A DNA stretch of 64,000 bases from the human T2T-CHM13v2.0 reference genome, Homo sapiens. Every line of letters begins with the position of its first letter. Positions within the stretch are counted from its first letter, which is position 1. The stretch is taken from NCBI RefSeq assembly GCF_009914755.1, contig NC_060945.1. One strand, 5' to 3'. A model generated the notes under the pieces. It saw only the letters and a list, made by a program, of their open reading frames with translations, ran no database searches and was not told the DNA's origin. Positions 25,588 to 39,541 of this stretch are shown here, piece after piece. Both the position numbers and the translations under genes were made by a program.

Positions 25588-25971
25588 CAACAGTTGAATG
25601 CTTGTACCCTTCCCCCAAATTCATGAGTTGAAGCCCTAAGCCCCAGTGTGGCTGTATTTGAAAACGGAGCCTTTGAGAAGGTGGTTAAGAGTAAATGAGG
25701 CTGTACAGGTGGAGCCCTAATCCAATAGGATTAATATTATCAGAAGAGACACCAGAGAGTTTGTGTTTCCCTTTCCCGTAACACATGGAGTGAAGAAGGC
25801 CAAAGTCAAGAGCAACCATCTACAAGCCAGGAAGAAAGTCCTCACCAGAAACTGAATTGTTCATAACCTTGATCTTGGACTTTTAGCCTCCAGAATTGTG
25901 AGAAAAACTACTGTTATTTAAGCCACCCAGTCTACAGTATTGTGTTATGGCAGCCTGAGCAGACTAAAACA
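25588..25971 (+). mobile_element. MLT1A/B-like MaLR solo LTR
   Basis: CCCCCAAATTCATGAGTTGAAGCCCTAA...TTGGACTTTTAGCCTCCAGAA...GGCAGCCTGAGCAGACTAAAACA. Confidence 0.85.
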
Positions 25972-26981
25972 GTCAGATAGAAACTAAGTGATTGTTCAGT
26001 GTAGCACTGATTACATTATAACATTGGCATAAATATCCTAACTGCAGCTATGAGAGGTTTGATAGATAGTGAAACAAATTCAAGAAGTTTTTCTAGTTTT
26101 TCAGCAAAATTTTAAAACTACAAAAAGGAATTAATATTTTAAACTCTAGATCAATTAACAGTCTTCATTTTGTTTAAAAACAATGTTTTGAATAGATTTT
26201 AAAGGACCAATTTTACAGCAACATCTAAACTCAATTTTCATAATTTCCAGTATTGCCTGAATAAGATTAGATTCTTTATTAATCACTGCCATAAAGGAAA
26301 TTCAACTTTAAATGGGATCTTTGACATCTTTCTTTCCCTAATCTTCTTTAGTGAATTTCCTTGCAGAAAAAAATAAAAGCTAAATGGTTAACCAGATTTT
26401 AAGGTTCTCATCTCAAAGTTTTCAAACTTGTAACTCCCCAAATATGTATGCCCAACACTAACTCCTGCCCTCAACCGAGGCCATCTTGCATCCCTAGCCT
26501 CCATCAGCTTATTATTTCCTTCATCAAAAACACAGCCTCCCTCCCTGATTCCAGGCTGTCACTGTCCATCATGGTTTACCCACTCTTGAGACTCACCTTA
26601 AGCAACATCATCAGGACACATTTCTATTTCCTCTCGATCGGAATCAACCACTGCCTTGGAGCTCTATAGATTTTTAAAAAATTTCTATAATAGTAGCATT
26701 TATCCCACGCTATTTTGTTTTATACTGTTTTACATCATTGCCTTTCCCCTCTAATAGAGTGTGATCTCTAAAACAGGAAAGACAGCAGCTAGTATCTTTT
26801 TGCATTTTCCAAAAAAACTAACCCAGTACCTATTGGCATAATCAGTGCTAAATTTTTGTTCTGAATCAATAAATCTGTAATGACTTGGGAAAGTAAAGTT
26901 ATGTTATTGATGTTCAGTTGTTGGTATTCTTCAAGAATCACAAAAATAATGAGTCTTGAATTTTAGTAATTTATTTTTTAT

Positions 26982-27305
26982 AGCAGGCATTGGCAAACTA
27001 TGGCCCATGGGTCAAATCTGGGCATATTTCTATTTTTGTATAGCCTTCAAGCTAAAGAATAATTTTTACACTTTCCAGTGTTTATAAAAATCAAAAGCAG
27101 AATAATATTCTGTGACTCATGGCAATTACATAAAATTAAAATTTTATGTTTGTAAATAAAGTTTTACTGGAATGTAACTGTGCCATTAACTTGGGTATTA
27201 TCTATGGGTGCTTTTGTGCTACAACAGCAGGATTCAGTAGTTATGACAGATTGTATAGCTCACAAAGCCTGAAATCTTTACTATTTGACCTCTTACAGTA
27301 AAAGA
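26982..27305 (+). mobile_element. MER58B-like hAT-Charlie non-autonomous element
   Basis: TTGGCAAACTATGGCCCATGGGTCAAATCTGG start; GTAAATAAAGTTTTACTGGAA; CAAAGCCTGAAATCTTTACTAT end. Confidence 0.8.
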
Positions 27306-27986
27306 ACTTAATAACACCTTTTAAGAATATTTGATTTGCAGTGTTTATTGTATCGATTTTGCACTTTTGTTTTGCCTTAATAAAACATTTCATTATTTGA
27401 CAATATATTGTGATGTTATATTTGAAAGAATTTTAAAAAGCAATGGTGGTAATATAAAAAAGTTTGGTGATCCAACAAGTACCAGAAGAATTATTTTCAA
27501 AAAGTTATGCCATGAAAGACTGAATTATCCAGGCATGTCAATGTTATAACATTTTATCATGTTATTATATAAAATAAGTTCTGGTTAGGTAGAAAGCCAA
27601 TATCAGTAAATGATCACTAAGTGCCTATATGTACAAGATGAAGAAAAGAGGACAATGGAAGAAAGGGGACAGAAACAAGAGAAATCAAGAAAGCAAGATA
27701 ACAACATCAGGAAATTAAGTGAAGAACAATGAGAGCAAGTTGTTTGGCCAGGGTGAGAAGACTATTTGTGGTGTCTTTAACAGATATAGAGTTCACAGCA
27801 ATTAAAAATATGTGGAGGAGCTTGATATAGTAAATTCTGAAAGTACCATGTTTGGGAGACTTGTGTGATGTCCAGGAAGAGATGTTCAACAGACAACTAG
27901 AAATACAATACTCAAGCTCAGGATACACCTTTGAGTGTGATCTTCTTACAAATAATAGTTGAAGATATGAGCATATAAAAACAGCA

Positions 27987-28155
27987 AAGAGCCAAGGACA
28001 GAAGTTAGGCAGAACATGTATAACATTGGCTTAGAGTAAGAGTCAAGGACAGAAGTTAGGTAGAACATGTATAACACTGGCTTGGAGTAAGATCCTAGGA
28101 CAGAAGTTAGGTATAACATTGTATAACATGTATAACATTGGCTTGGAGTAAGAGT
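27987..28155. repeat. Tandem repeat, 3 x ~51 bp
   Basis: AAGA...AGGACAGAAGTTAGG...TATAACATTGGCTT(A/G)GAGT at 27987, 28038 and 28089. Confidence 0.92.
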
Positions 28156-28517
28156 TTATAGAAAAAAAAATTAAGTAGGTAGTAGGATCAGTAGAAAAGA
28201 GCATGATAAAATGAGATTTTCAAGAATACAGAGGTAATCGATGTAATATTGCTGACAACAGAAAGGCTAAGAAAATAAAATACATAGAAATGTCACTGGA
28301 TTTAGAAAGGAGCATATCATTGGGAGTACCACCTTTAGATACAGAGAAGGGGGCATCTTATACCACTAAAGAGCCCTTGAAACCACAAACATACTCACAC
28401 ACTACATTGTTATAAAAGAAGATATGGGCATATCCTTCTCTCAGGATTCGGCCCTCAGCTCTAAAAAGCCCCCAAATATTGTCTTTAATAAGCCCAGGAA
28501 ACATTTCTCATTAAGGC

Positions 28518-29100
28518 GCTATGTGCTAAATATGTCCCCCAAAATTCGTATGTTAAAAATGTATTCCCCAATGCAACAGTGTCAGGAGATGAGGCCTAAA
28601 AGGAAGTGTTTAGGTCATAAGGGTTCTGGCCTCATGAATAGTTTAATGCCACTATAAATAAGATTTGCATAAATTAGTTAGGTGTGGTGGTGCATACCTG
28701 TAGTCCCAGCTACTTAGGAGGGTGCGGTGGGAGGATCACTTGAGCTAGGTAGATTGAGGCTGCAGTGAGCCATGATCATGCCTTTGCAATCCAGCCTGGT
28801 GACAGAGTGAGACCCTGTCTCAAAAAAAAAAAAAAAAAAAAAGAAAGAAAAAAGAAAAAAAAGAACTTTCAGGAGTGGGGCATGGGTTCTCTCTCTTCTG
28901 TTTTTCTCCATGTGAGGACATGGTATTTAACCACCCTCGCCCTTCCACTTTACACCATGGGAGGATGGAGCAAGAAGACCCACACCAGATGCCAGCCCCT
29001 TGCTCTTGAATTTCCCCACCTCCATCACTGTGAGAAATAAATTTCTGTTTTTTATAAATTACCCAGTCTCAGATGCAGCAGCAGAAAACAGACTGAGACA
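28518..29100 (+). mobile_element. MST(C/D)-like MaLR LTR interrupted by an Alu right monomer (FRAM/AluJ, ~28671-28862)
   Basis: TGTCCCCCAAAATTCGTATGTT...AAATAAATTTCTGTT...AAATTACCCAGTCTCAG...CAGACTGAGACA; Alu monomer with poly(A) inside. Confidence 0.8.
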
Positions 29101-29823
29101 GTGCTCTAAACATAGGCAATTGAATTTCAGTGTTGTCAAGATCTCTGGTTTGTGCTACTAGCAAAGACAGGGATGGGATGCTAGGAGGATTTGAATAATG
29201 GCATTGCATAGAAAAAAATTGACAATTTAATTAATTTTTCAATTTTTTTTCCTCAGATAATGCATATTCAGTAAACTCTTGCATTACAAAATGTGTTTTC
29301 CCAGCAATGCCAAATAACCATTTTCTTCTTTTTCTTTGTCTTCCATATTGGTGTGAGGTACTTAGAAATTAATGCTGTATTTGCAGCAATTGTAATACTT
29401 ACTGGGGAAAATATTTGACTATACTTTGCAATTTATATTGCTCTAAAATTTGTATATAACTAACTAGGTATAGAATTAATATGCTTGGACAGTAGCACTT
29501 TTTTTTTTAAACATTTTCACCTAAATTCTATTTGAATGCTAGAATATCTAATACTAGAATGGCTAATAATAATACACCTTTCCAAATTCTTTTAGTAAAA
29601 ATTTATATATAATTTAATTTGCCAAAAGATGAAAACAAAATTATTTAGCTTTATTTAAACATTTTATCATTAAAATGTTCATACTTATTAACTATAAATT
29701 TTCCTTTACATTTTAATAGATATACTATTTTAGAAGAAAAATATATTTTAACATATATAAAAATAATTTTTTTTATATTTACATGTGTTTATAATATTTT
29801 TAATAAAAATATGTTAAGTTTCA

Positions 29824-29945
29824 TCCAGGAGTAGTGGCACAGGCCTATAGTCCCAGTTACTTGGATGCTTGAAGTGGGAGCACCACTTGAGCCCAGGGGT
29901 TCAAGGTTCAAGTTAGCAAGACCCTGTCTCTATGTTTAAAAAAAA
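29824..29945 (+). mobile_element. Alu monomer (FLAM/FAM-like)
   Basis: CCTATAGTCCCAGTTACTTGG...CACTTGAGCCCAGG...AGACCCTGTCTCT followed by an A tail. Confidence 0.8.
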
Positions 29946-31759
29946 GTTAAATTTAATAAATTTTGTATATGATTACATTTAATTTTTAAACTCTTTAATA
30001 ATGATAATGAATACAAGTTGCTTTCTTAATATAAATATAAAAAATAAGCAGAGCTTTCAAACATTTTAAAAATCTGAAAAGATAAAATAGAAAATCTTCA
30101 AAGAGGATGATTGCCTAAATGTTTAAAAAGAAAAGATAATTAAAGGAAGAAGACTTCTGTAGAGCATGATTTATACAAAAAAAGAACATTATATATATAT
30201 ACATATAAACAGAACATTATGAAGCTTTTTTATATTTAAAAGTTATAATTTCTGATCAAAGCAATGAGATGAATCATACAATTTTTCTTATCAGGTCCAA
30301 AACTGAAACAGGTTAAATGAATTCCTATTATTTCTAACACTTCAACAAAGATAGATTACTGATCAAAACAATAAAATTGAGAAAAAAAATTATATCAGAT
30401 TTGCAACAAATGCAACTCTGGCCTGCTGTTTAGAAGATAAGTTAAATTCATGAAAACAAGAAATTGAGAAAAGAAAAACAACACCTCAATTTTTCTATGT
30501 TTACGAGATCACAATTCTGGAAAATGGCTATGGCATTCCTCTCACGGTATGAAATGATTGTAGCTACACACAACCTGACTCAAAAGTTTGAAATTTTCTA
30601 TTGAAATGAACATGGTTGAAAATTTAGTATTTAACTATACACCAAAATTAATTCCCATAAAGAAAAAAAAGTACAGAGGTTACAGTTTGGGTTATTGTTA
30701 CATATTTCACAATCAATTTTTGAAATCACCTCTGTAAAAAGCTGTTACTGGAAACATTTTGATTTCAAATTAAAACAATATAAAACTTCCCTTACACAGG
30801 AAAAAAAAACACATTTAATTACTGCTCTGAAAGAAAGGAACTGAATAGATAGCAAATGAACAATAGTATTAAATAAATATAAATAAATCCTAATACAAAA
30901 TGTGATGTTCTTAAAGAATACATTATGTGGCAAATAATTAGCCAATCATAATAGTGCTTTACAAGACACAAACAACACAGTAATTACAGAAAATAACACA
31001 AATTTTCTGGTTTAGTAGAAATCATTTTGAAATTGAGACCAAAATAGCCAAAATATAAGATATATTAAAAATAACAAAATATTATCACTACTCAGAATGG
31101 ATAAATCAAAATCAAATTATTAACTTAATAGATAGTAAAGTGAGAGAAGAAATGTTATACAAAAATTATAAGTAAATACTATTTATTAGTTCAACTAGAT
31201 TGTACAGGAGAAGAAATCCGAGCAGAAAATGACATTAACTGTGGATAATTCAATTATCAGAGGAAGAAAACAAGGATGTTAAAATTAATATTTCACTGTT
31301 TTTATACCTGGTGTTTTTAAAAAATGCATGGTTTTGACTTCAGTGAAGGACTGAAAAAAACAAATATTGTTTTTAAGCCTTTTCCAAGGCTTAAAATCTT
31401 AAAATCTTTCTGTCCAGAAAGATTATGAAGGACAACACTATGATAATGTTATTAGAATGATTGATTAAGAAGGAAGATTACAAAGTAGAATTTTGGCTGA
31501 TCTTTCTGAGACATTCTTCATGTCATGTGCAGCCCATAATTTGAATTTGTTATCAAGAGGCCTCAACTGGACCCAAAGAAGTGATAAAATAATTTGTAAG
31601 AATTCAAATACTATATATGATGGTTTTTTGAATCTGTCTAAAGATGTAATATCTTGAAAAAAGATACTAAGTTTAAAAATTTTTTGAGGCATGATGAAAA
31701 TGCTAAGTGATGTTAAGATATACAAAATTTTAAAAATGCACTTTAAAAGATAAGCAAAA

Positions 31760-32026
31760 CACTTTGGAAGGCCGAGTCAGGCGGATCACTTGAGATCAGG
31801 AGTTCAAGACCAGCCTGGGTAACATGATGACATTCCGTCTCTACTAAAAATACAAAAATCAGCTGGGTGCGGTGGTGCACGCCTGTAATCCCAGCTACTC
31901 AGGAAGCTGAGGCAGGAGGATCGCTTGAACTCGGGTGGGGGCAGGTTGCAGTGAGCCAAGATTGTGATATTGCACTCCAGACTGGCTAACAGAGTGACAC
32001 TGTCTCAAAAAAAAAAAAAAAAAAAA
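31760..32026 (+). mobile_element. 5'-truncated Alu (AluS/Jb)
   Basis: CACTTTGGAAGGCCGAG...GTCTC followed by poly(A). Confidence 0.92.
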
Positions 32027-32043
32027 GCAAGAGTAGAAGCTCT

Positions 32044-32160
32044 AGCCAGGTATGGTGGTGCATGTCTGTAGTCCCAGCTACTTGGGAAGCTGAGGTGGAA
32101 GGCCAGCCTGGGCAACAGGGCAAGACTCCATCTCTGAATGAATGAATGAATGAATGAATG
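32044..32160 (+). mobile_element. Internally deleted Alu monomer with (GAAT)6 tail
   Basis: AGCCAGGTATGGTGG...GCTGAGGTGG/CCAGCCTGGGCAAC...CCATCTCT(GAAT)n. Confidence 0.8.
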
Positions 32161-34217
32161 AGCAAATAACCAGAGACTCAGACTGAAGTAAATTTTGGTT
32201 TTGGGTAGGAAATATAATAACTTTCAATTTGTATCATTCAAAATTATTTGATTTGAACTGTTGAAAGCTAGTATTTTAACCAGTTAGAAAAACAAATAAA
32301 TGCAAGTTTGTGAATTTTACTTTTTACAAAAGATTGAAGTTTACAGTTTTAAAATTTTAGAGATAATGTTCTTTAATATCAAAAGAAAATGCCTTTGAAA
32401 TATGTAACAAAATGGCATTCCAATATAATATGAGACAGAATAGGAAAATGAGAATTTTTGCATGACTGTGAAGGAGACAATACACACATAAATAATCTCA
32501 AAACCAAGATTAATAGAAATTACGTTCTGGCCATTACAGATCTAGGTATAGTCTCGATTTTACTATTTTCTGTGTTCTTTATAATATCCCAGAATTAAAA
32601 TTTTTAAAGAAAGAATTTAATAAACATTTTATGAATCTAGATATTACTTTTAGATAATGAGGAGCATTACATACATGACATAAATTTATGCGATTAAAAT
32701 ATGTTTAGTATTTTCTGAAATGACATTACCAATTGTGACCTCATTACAATATTTGATCATAGTATGCAAAATTTATGGCTTATTTTAAAATCTGAGCTTG
32801 AAAAACTTAACAATCCTATTTTCCACTGACTTGCAGAATAAAGTATAAGTCAAATTCAAATAAGAACAATGAGAAAAAATTGAATATTTTGGCATTATTG
32901 TTAATAGTGCACAAATTATTTGAAAATTTTAATTATAAAGTATAACTAGTTAATTTTCTTTAAAAAGATAAGAAAAATAAATGTGATGAAATAAGTATGT
33001 AGTTTATGATTTATGAATATCATCATTTCATTCTTACCCAAACATCACTGCCCATCACCAGAAAACCAGACATGTACAATAAAGAAGTTTGCACATCTTT
33101 GGTATTTTGCCAAGTTGCAGATATGAAACATCACAGGTGTACATGCTGCTATGAAAGTATTTTGTCAAAAGAATAAAATATATTTGTTACCTCAATGCAC
33201 ATTCTTTTTAATAATTAGACATATAGCATGTGGGCCTCCATTTATTATAATATCCAGGGCTCTAAAAATATTAGTGGCAGGACTGATATTGTTTTCTATT
33301 AAAAAAAGATACTTATATTCCAAATTGAAGACCAAGTCAGATTGCAAAATTTTACATTTGTGTTGTAGAGTTAAGATCAGAAGATGAATAGATGAATCTT
33401 GCCTATTAAGGCCAGATGATCAGATGACTTACGTAAAAGCAATGCAATGCTTTTTTTTTCTTTCCTTCTTTTTTTTTTTTGTTTTTTGTTCTTTAAGTAT
33501 GTTAGGATCCCAATAGAAAATACATTCAAATTAGGGTAATTCAACAAGAGTTTAACAAAAAAAAAAACCCAACAACACTTATAAAAGTACGGGTATAAAA
33601 ACATGACAAGAACACACTAAGTATTGGCAGAGATCTTAACACCTCTGGGCCCTAAGAGCTGCCTTGAGTGAAAGAAGTTTTTTTAGAGACAGTCAGCCCA
33701 AAGGAACCCCACAGGGATGAAGCCAGGGGAAAAAAACAATCAATCAAACTCCTACACTTCTTCCTTATATTTTCTGTGTGGATCTCATTGGGTGAAACCA
33801 ACCATAAGCCAGAGAACAAGAGAACAAATTGATGAAATACATACAACTCATTGATGAAACCTACATAGATCAGCCTCTCAAGACACAGATCATGGTGGAG
33901 AGGAATGATGAACAGATCTGATGGGAAAGCAGAAATTACCTGGAACAGCATATTTTTCTCCTTTTAGAATCCACTCATCCTTCATTCACTTAGAAAGGTT
34001 TTATTCTCCACACATGGGGCATACAAATACCGTAAGGTACTGTATCATTGTAGTGATGTTAATTTGCTTGTACTTTCCACTGGATACTGAAATATTTTCT
34101 GTCACTAATGTTCTTCATAAAAAATTGAAGGAGGGGCATAGAAATGTAATCAGTGTTTTTTTTTTTTTTTTTTTTAAATTGAGTAATACCATTTACTTCT
34201 CCAGTAAATAGCTACAA

Positions 34218-34497
34218 GCTCAGGCCTGTAATCCCAGCACTTTTGGGGGCCAAGGAGGGTGGATCACAAGGTCAGGAGTTCGAGACCAGCCTGGCCAACA
34301 TGGTAAAACCCCGTCTCTACTAAAAATACAAAAATTAGCCAGGCCTGGTGGCAGTCACCTGTAATCCCAGCTATTTGGGAGGCTGAGGCAGGAGAATCGC
34401 TTCAACCCAGGAGGTGGAGGTTACAGTGAGCGAAGATTGTGCCATTGCCCTCCAGCCTGGGCAACAAGAACAAAACTCCATCTCAAAAAAAAAAAAA
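34218..34497 (+). mobile_element. AluS (Sg/Sq-like), slightly 5'-truncated
   Basis: Dimer with poly(A); TSD AGCTACAA on both sides. Confidence 0.94.
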
Positions 34498-35960
34498 GCT
34501 ACAAAAGTTTGCTTCCACAGCTGGTTAAAAACCTAACTTAGTAAGCATAGTTGTTTCGTTTACAATGTATTCAACTTACACTCCACCAGCACCCCAGCTC
34601 TCACAACACCTGACACCTACTGTCACAGATCCTGTACCCTTAGAAATGTGGTATTTGTGTGCAAAAAGTTTATTTGGACATGCTCAAGATAAACAGCTAT
34701 GAAGTATGGACACACAACTGGATAGTAAGATAATTTGAGTAGTGATGCAGCCACGACCAAGAAATCAGTTGATTCTATGGATGAATTTGGAGCTGGAATG
34801 GTTCAGAGACACTCTACACTGTGGCACAGGGACAGGCCCATATACCTCTCTGTTGACCAATTATTGGACTTGGCTGCCCCCAGGAAGAGGGCATGACCTT
34901 AGGTGGGTAGACTATTCAACCTAAAGAAAGTCCTGGACAGGAAGGCAGCTGAGAACCATTGGCTGCCAAGACTCTCAGCAGTCCAAGAAATGAATATTTC
35001 AGACCTGGAGGACTGAATCTTGGCAGTGAACCATGCCACACACTATAGATAGCCACTGTTTTCAGAGACCCTCTTGGGAGCTGCCGTCCAATTCTAGCTA
35101 GTGCTGGTATAACAATCACACCCAGTAGCAAACCAGGTTCGTTCTTTTTCCTTCTCCATAATGGCAAAGCAATGAAGCAGATACCATGTTAAACTGAGCC
35201 ATCCATTTGTGCTTTTTACTTATGTCTCCCAGAGCAGCTTCAGCTCAGTCTAATATATACCACTTCCATTTTATAAAGTAATGCTGTCATGCATATCCAA
35301 TTTTATGGTTGGGTTAAGCAGGTAACATACAATTCATCTTAAACAGTATGATTCACATAGCCATGGGGTTTTACAAGGCCATGCATTCACTTTCTATCAG
35401 AGCCCATTTGCAAGACAGAAGAAACTTTTCAAATGGAAATAGTTGATAGAATAGAAGGGAATTACATTACTCCTTAAGTGTAGATATCTGAGCTGTAATT
35501 GCTCTTATCTGGGTTTGGAAGGGTTTCATACAAAAATCATGTCTGTCACAAATGCTTCAAAAATGAGTGGATGTGCTAGGTTATTAGACCCAAAAGGCAA
35601 TATGGCATGAACCAAAACCAGTCTGGTTGCAGAGCTTTTTCTTATTCAAGACTCAAATCAATGCTGGCACCTGTCCAAATAAGTAAATGAGTTGGAGAAG
35701 GTTGACCAAATACAGTATATATTGGTTCCAAAATCCAAAGAGGCCTACTAAGTTATGTGTTTCTTTCACTGTGTTGGGTAACATAACTTGACTCATATTT
35801 CAGAAGGACTATCTTACCAAAAATTTCACTGATGTGGCATACCACAGAACTTTTTAGTCATTTATCTCCCATTTTCTGCAATGCACCTATATTACTAGGA
35901 TATTTATGTTTTTACTTTCTGTTTGCCATTTTCAGTGAGTATAATGTCTTCAGTACAAAG

Positions 35961-36187
35961 CAAGCTTGTCCAACCCATGACCCACAGGCCACATGTGGCC
36001 CAGAACAGCTTTGAATACGGATCAACACAAATTCATAAACTTTCTTAAAACATCATGATTTTTTTTGTGATTTTCTTTTTTTTTTTTAGCTCAGCAGCTT
36101 TTGTTAGTGTTAGTGTATTTTATGTATGACCCAAGACAATTCTTCTTCCAGTGTGTCCCAGGGAAGCCAAAAGATTAGACAACCCTG
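35961..36187 (-). mobile_element. MER30 (hAT-Charlie) element
   Basis: Terminal repeats CAAGCTTGTCCAA / TAGACAACCCTG; 8-bp TSD GTACAAAG (35953-35960) and GTATAAAG (36188-36195). Confidence 0.92.
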
Positions 36188-36224
36188 GTATAAAGGATTA
36201 AGATGATAGTCAGGCCACAGCTCT

Positions 36225-36315
36225 GCTCACTCCCCAGCACCACTGAATCTGAATCTTCAGTTTAATAGGAGTCACAGATAATTCATATGCACGTCAAAAT
36301 TTGAGAAGCACTGAC
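36225..36315. mobile_element. MER5-like fragment
   Basis: ACTGAATCTGAATCT...GATAATTCATATGCAC...TTTGAGAAGCACTG. Confidence 0.6.
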
Positions 36316-39234
36316 CAAGACTATATCAGATAGGTGAGCAAATACAACACAGCCTTGAGGCAAAACAAGATAAGTACCTTTTTGTCCCTACTATATAAAT
36401 ATTCTCATTCCATAGATAAAAGTCCCATTCCTTCCCCAGCAATGTCCTTATCTTAGTGTGAAATACTTAGCAAGGTTAAGTATTTCATTGATGTTTACAG
36501 TAAACCCTTGTTTGTCTTTAGTATTATATCCTCTGTGAATCTGTGAGATGAAGGATTCCTTCAAAACTGCCAATGGGCCTTCTCCACAGAAATTTGTAGT
36601 TGTTCATAGCTCATACTTTTGCTTTTCCTATGTGCACATCTCTAGGACTATAAACCAAATCCAGGGACCCTCCCCCCAACCAAAACATTGTATAATTACT
36701 ATTGTTTTCATAGCTACCAAGTGCCACAGCCACTTGCTCTCCCTCCGTGTGCCATCTAGTAATTTGATTTGGCTAATTATAATGCCACACTATGCCATGG
36801 ATTACCCATGCACCATCCCCTTTAGCAATGCGTTATTATCCCTGTGTTCTTTGCATGTATGAGTGATTTCTCTCTAGAATTCCATTTTGAGGATCAGTTT
36901 CCTAGGGCCATTTACCAATTACTATATTAGTCAAGACCAAGCATAGCAAACTTAAACCTCAGTACAGTCGCAGGAAGAAACACACAAACAAGACTCAGAT
37001 TATTTTGAGGATTGAATAAAGGGAAAGCACAATGGGATACCACCTTACTCCAGGCCTAATTACAACAGGCCGGTTACCACCTCTGGATAAAACTTGGGGG
37101 AAGGAAGTAGAATTGTTATCAGACTCCGGAAGTGGAGAGGGTTATAAACAAGACCACCTTGAAAAGATGGGTAATTTTTAGTTAAAGGTCATAGTGAGCC
37201 AGAGGCACTAGAGAGGGAGCTGGAGAAAAAATATCCTGAATCTTCAATCCTCTCTCCCTCTTATCCACTTCAGAAACTTCCCATTGGCTCAACACAAGAA
37301 GCTAGTAGATAAGAAAACCCATTGAAGTAAGTCACTTGGAGCAGAGAATAGAATGCAAAAAAAAAAAAAAAAAAAAATGGAGACTAGAGCTAGAGGGACA
37401 AATGTAACCACCCAGTGCATCGCAATTCAATATTCACATTATAATAAGAAATATGAATGCCAAAGGTAGAAGAGCCTTAAATATTCTGCAGACTATTTTC
37501 TACCAGAAGGCAAATTATCACAGGAAAGGGAATTATAATCAGAAATTTGCTTGGTGAAAAGAGCAAAAGCACAAGAACGTTAATTAGATTAATTTAATGG
37601 TTATTAATAAGTTATAATAACCTAATGTACTCATCTTTACTATAGTGACATTCTTCACTCATTTTTTCACGATCAATTTGAATTTCTATATACCAAGCCA
37701 TATACTTGGCATTGGAAACACAAAGAAGATTAAAACATTGTCTATGTCTCCAAGAAGCTCACAGCTCTAGTGGGAAAGCAGACACAGAGAATATAATTCA
37801 CTATAACACATATTACGTCAGAGATAAGCACAAAGTTCATAAAATCTCAAAATGAGGGTACTTAGGCAGACTAATGGATCAAGGACATTTCTCAGCAGGG
37901 ATTATTTGTGCAGTGTTAAGGATTAGTAGGTGTTAACTAAGAAAGAAGCATGAGAAACATATTCAGGAGAAACATTATCTACAGAAATAGTAGGGAATGC
38001 ATAGAAAATTGCATGTATCAGCCCAGTATGTCTGGGATGTATCTAAAATACACAGTAGGATCAAAATAACTATAGCCATGTACTCAGGGACAAAATTATG
38101 CCAAGGTTTTTACATATTAACAAATTTATACTTTACCCAGGAGTGAATAAGAAGCTATAGAAAAATGTAAAACTTTGGAATAGACTGAATCCTGAAAAAA
38201 CAGTCATCTACTAATTAGCTACTCTCCTTCCTAGATCGTGTTAAAGACATCCTAGCAAATCCTGGTGCTTCAGGCTCCACTTTTTTAGGCATTAAGCTAA
38301 TGACTACCCTTCTACCTATAGGTTTGTGCTTCTGACAGTGGTCAACTAACTTAGGTCCAATTTTCTATGTTAAAATCAGATTCCAAATTTTCCTAAGTCG
38401 CATTAACTAAAAATGGATATCCAAGAACTCTTCAGTCACATATTTATGTATGATTTCCATACATAAATATTTATGTATGTCAGTTATTTATATAGTAGCT
38501 CATCCCAAGAAGATTTTTCATGAATTTTATTCTTAGGTAATGGTAATATCTTTTGGGTTTAGAATTTAATTGCCGTTATTCTTAGACCTTCGTGAATTGT
38601 TTTAATTGAAATATAATAGACATACATATCTTGAAGGCACATGTAATAATTTATACATTCATATATGTGTAAAGATCAAATCAACATAATTGGGATATCC
38701 ATTATGTTAAATATTTATCTTTTCTTTATGTTAGAAAGATTCAAATTATTCACTGCTAGCTATTTTGAAATGTGCTATTTTGATTATTGTTAACTATAGT
38801 CACCCTATTGATTAATCTACAGAACAGTAGCTCTCATTTCTTTCATTTAACTGTATATTTGTACCCGTTAATCAACCTCTATTCACCACCCCCACTCCTT
38901 TACTCACCCTAGAGTCAGGTAATCACCAGTCTACTCTCTGTCTTTGTGAGATTCACTTTTTTAGCTCCCATATGTGAGTCAGAATATGTGATATTTGTCT
39001 TTCTATGTGTGGCTTATTTCATTTAACATAATGACATTTAGTTCCATGCATGTTGCCGTAAATGTCAGGAATTTATTCATTTTATGGCTGAATAATATTT
39101 CTCTGTGAATGTATATCACACTTTATTCATGCATTCTCTGTTGGGTAGTAAAGTTAATTCCATGTCTTGGTGATTGTGAGTAGTGCTGCAATAAACATGG
39201 GAGTGCAGACATTTCTTTGATACATTGATCTTCC

Positions 39235-39541
39235 TTTTTTATTTTTATTTTTTTTTTCCATGACAGAGTCTCACTCTGTCGCCCAAACTGGAGTGCAGTG
39301 TTGTCATCTGGGGTTGCTGCAACCTCCACTTCCTGGGTTCAAGTGATTCTTGTGCCTCAGCCTCCAGAGTGGTGGGGATTACAGGCACGCACCACCATGC
39401 CCAGCTAATTTTTGTATTTTTAGTAGAGAAAGGGTTTTTGCCATGTTGCCCAGGGTGGTCTCGAACTCCTGGCCTCAAGTGATCTGCCCCCTCAGCCTCT
39501 CAAAGTGCTGGGATTACAGGCGTGAACCTCTGCGTCTGGCC
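39235..39541 (-). mobile_element. Alu (Sz/Jb-like) within the L1MA
   Basis: Poly(T), then dimer ending TCTGGCC. Confidence 0.94.

Larger units (their letters stand above)
29430..33283 (+). mobile_element. Probable decayed hAT (Tip100/Zaphod-like) DNA transposon; left boundary uncertain
   Basis: Very AT-rich; 32800-32900 loosely resembles the hAT C-terminal dimerisation region; 33228-33283 resembles a Zaphod-type terminus (GGGCCTCC...CCAGGGCTCT...ATTAGTGGCAGGACTG). Confidence 0.4.
33497..37420 (-). mobile_element. Decayed two-LTR ERVL-type provirus (LTR-like ~33497-33950 and ~36922-37420; LTR33/LTR16-like)
   Basis: Minus strand 35716-35751 translates LVGLFGFWNQYI (ERVL RT LVGLFGFWRQHI); flanking segments share CATTGG...AAGC(C/T)AG...AAGA(G/A)AAC..ATTGA motifs. 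Confidence 0.55.
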
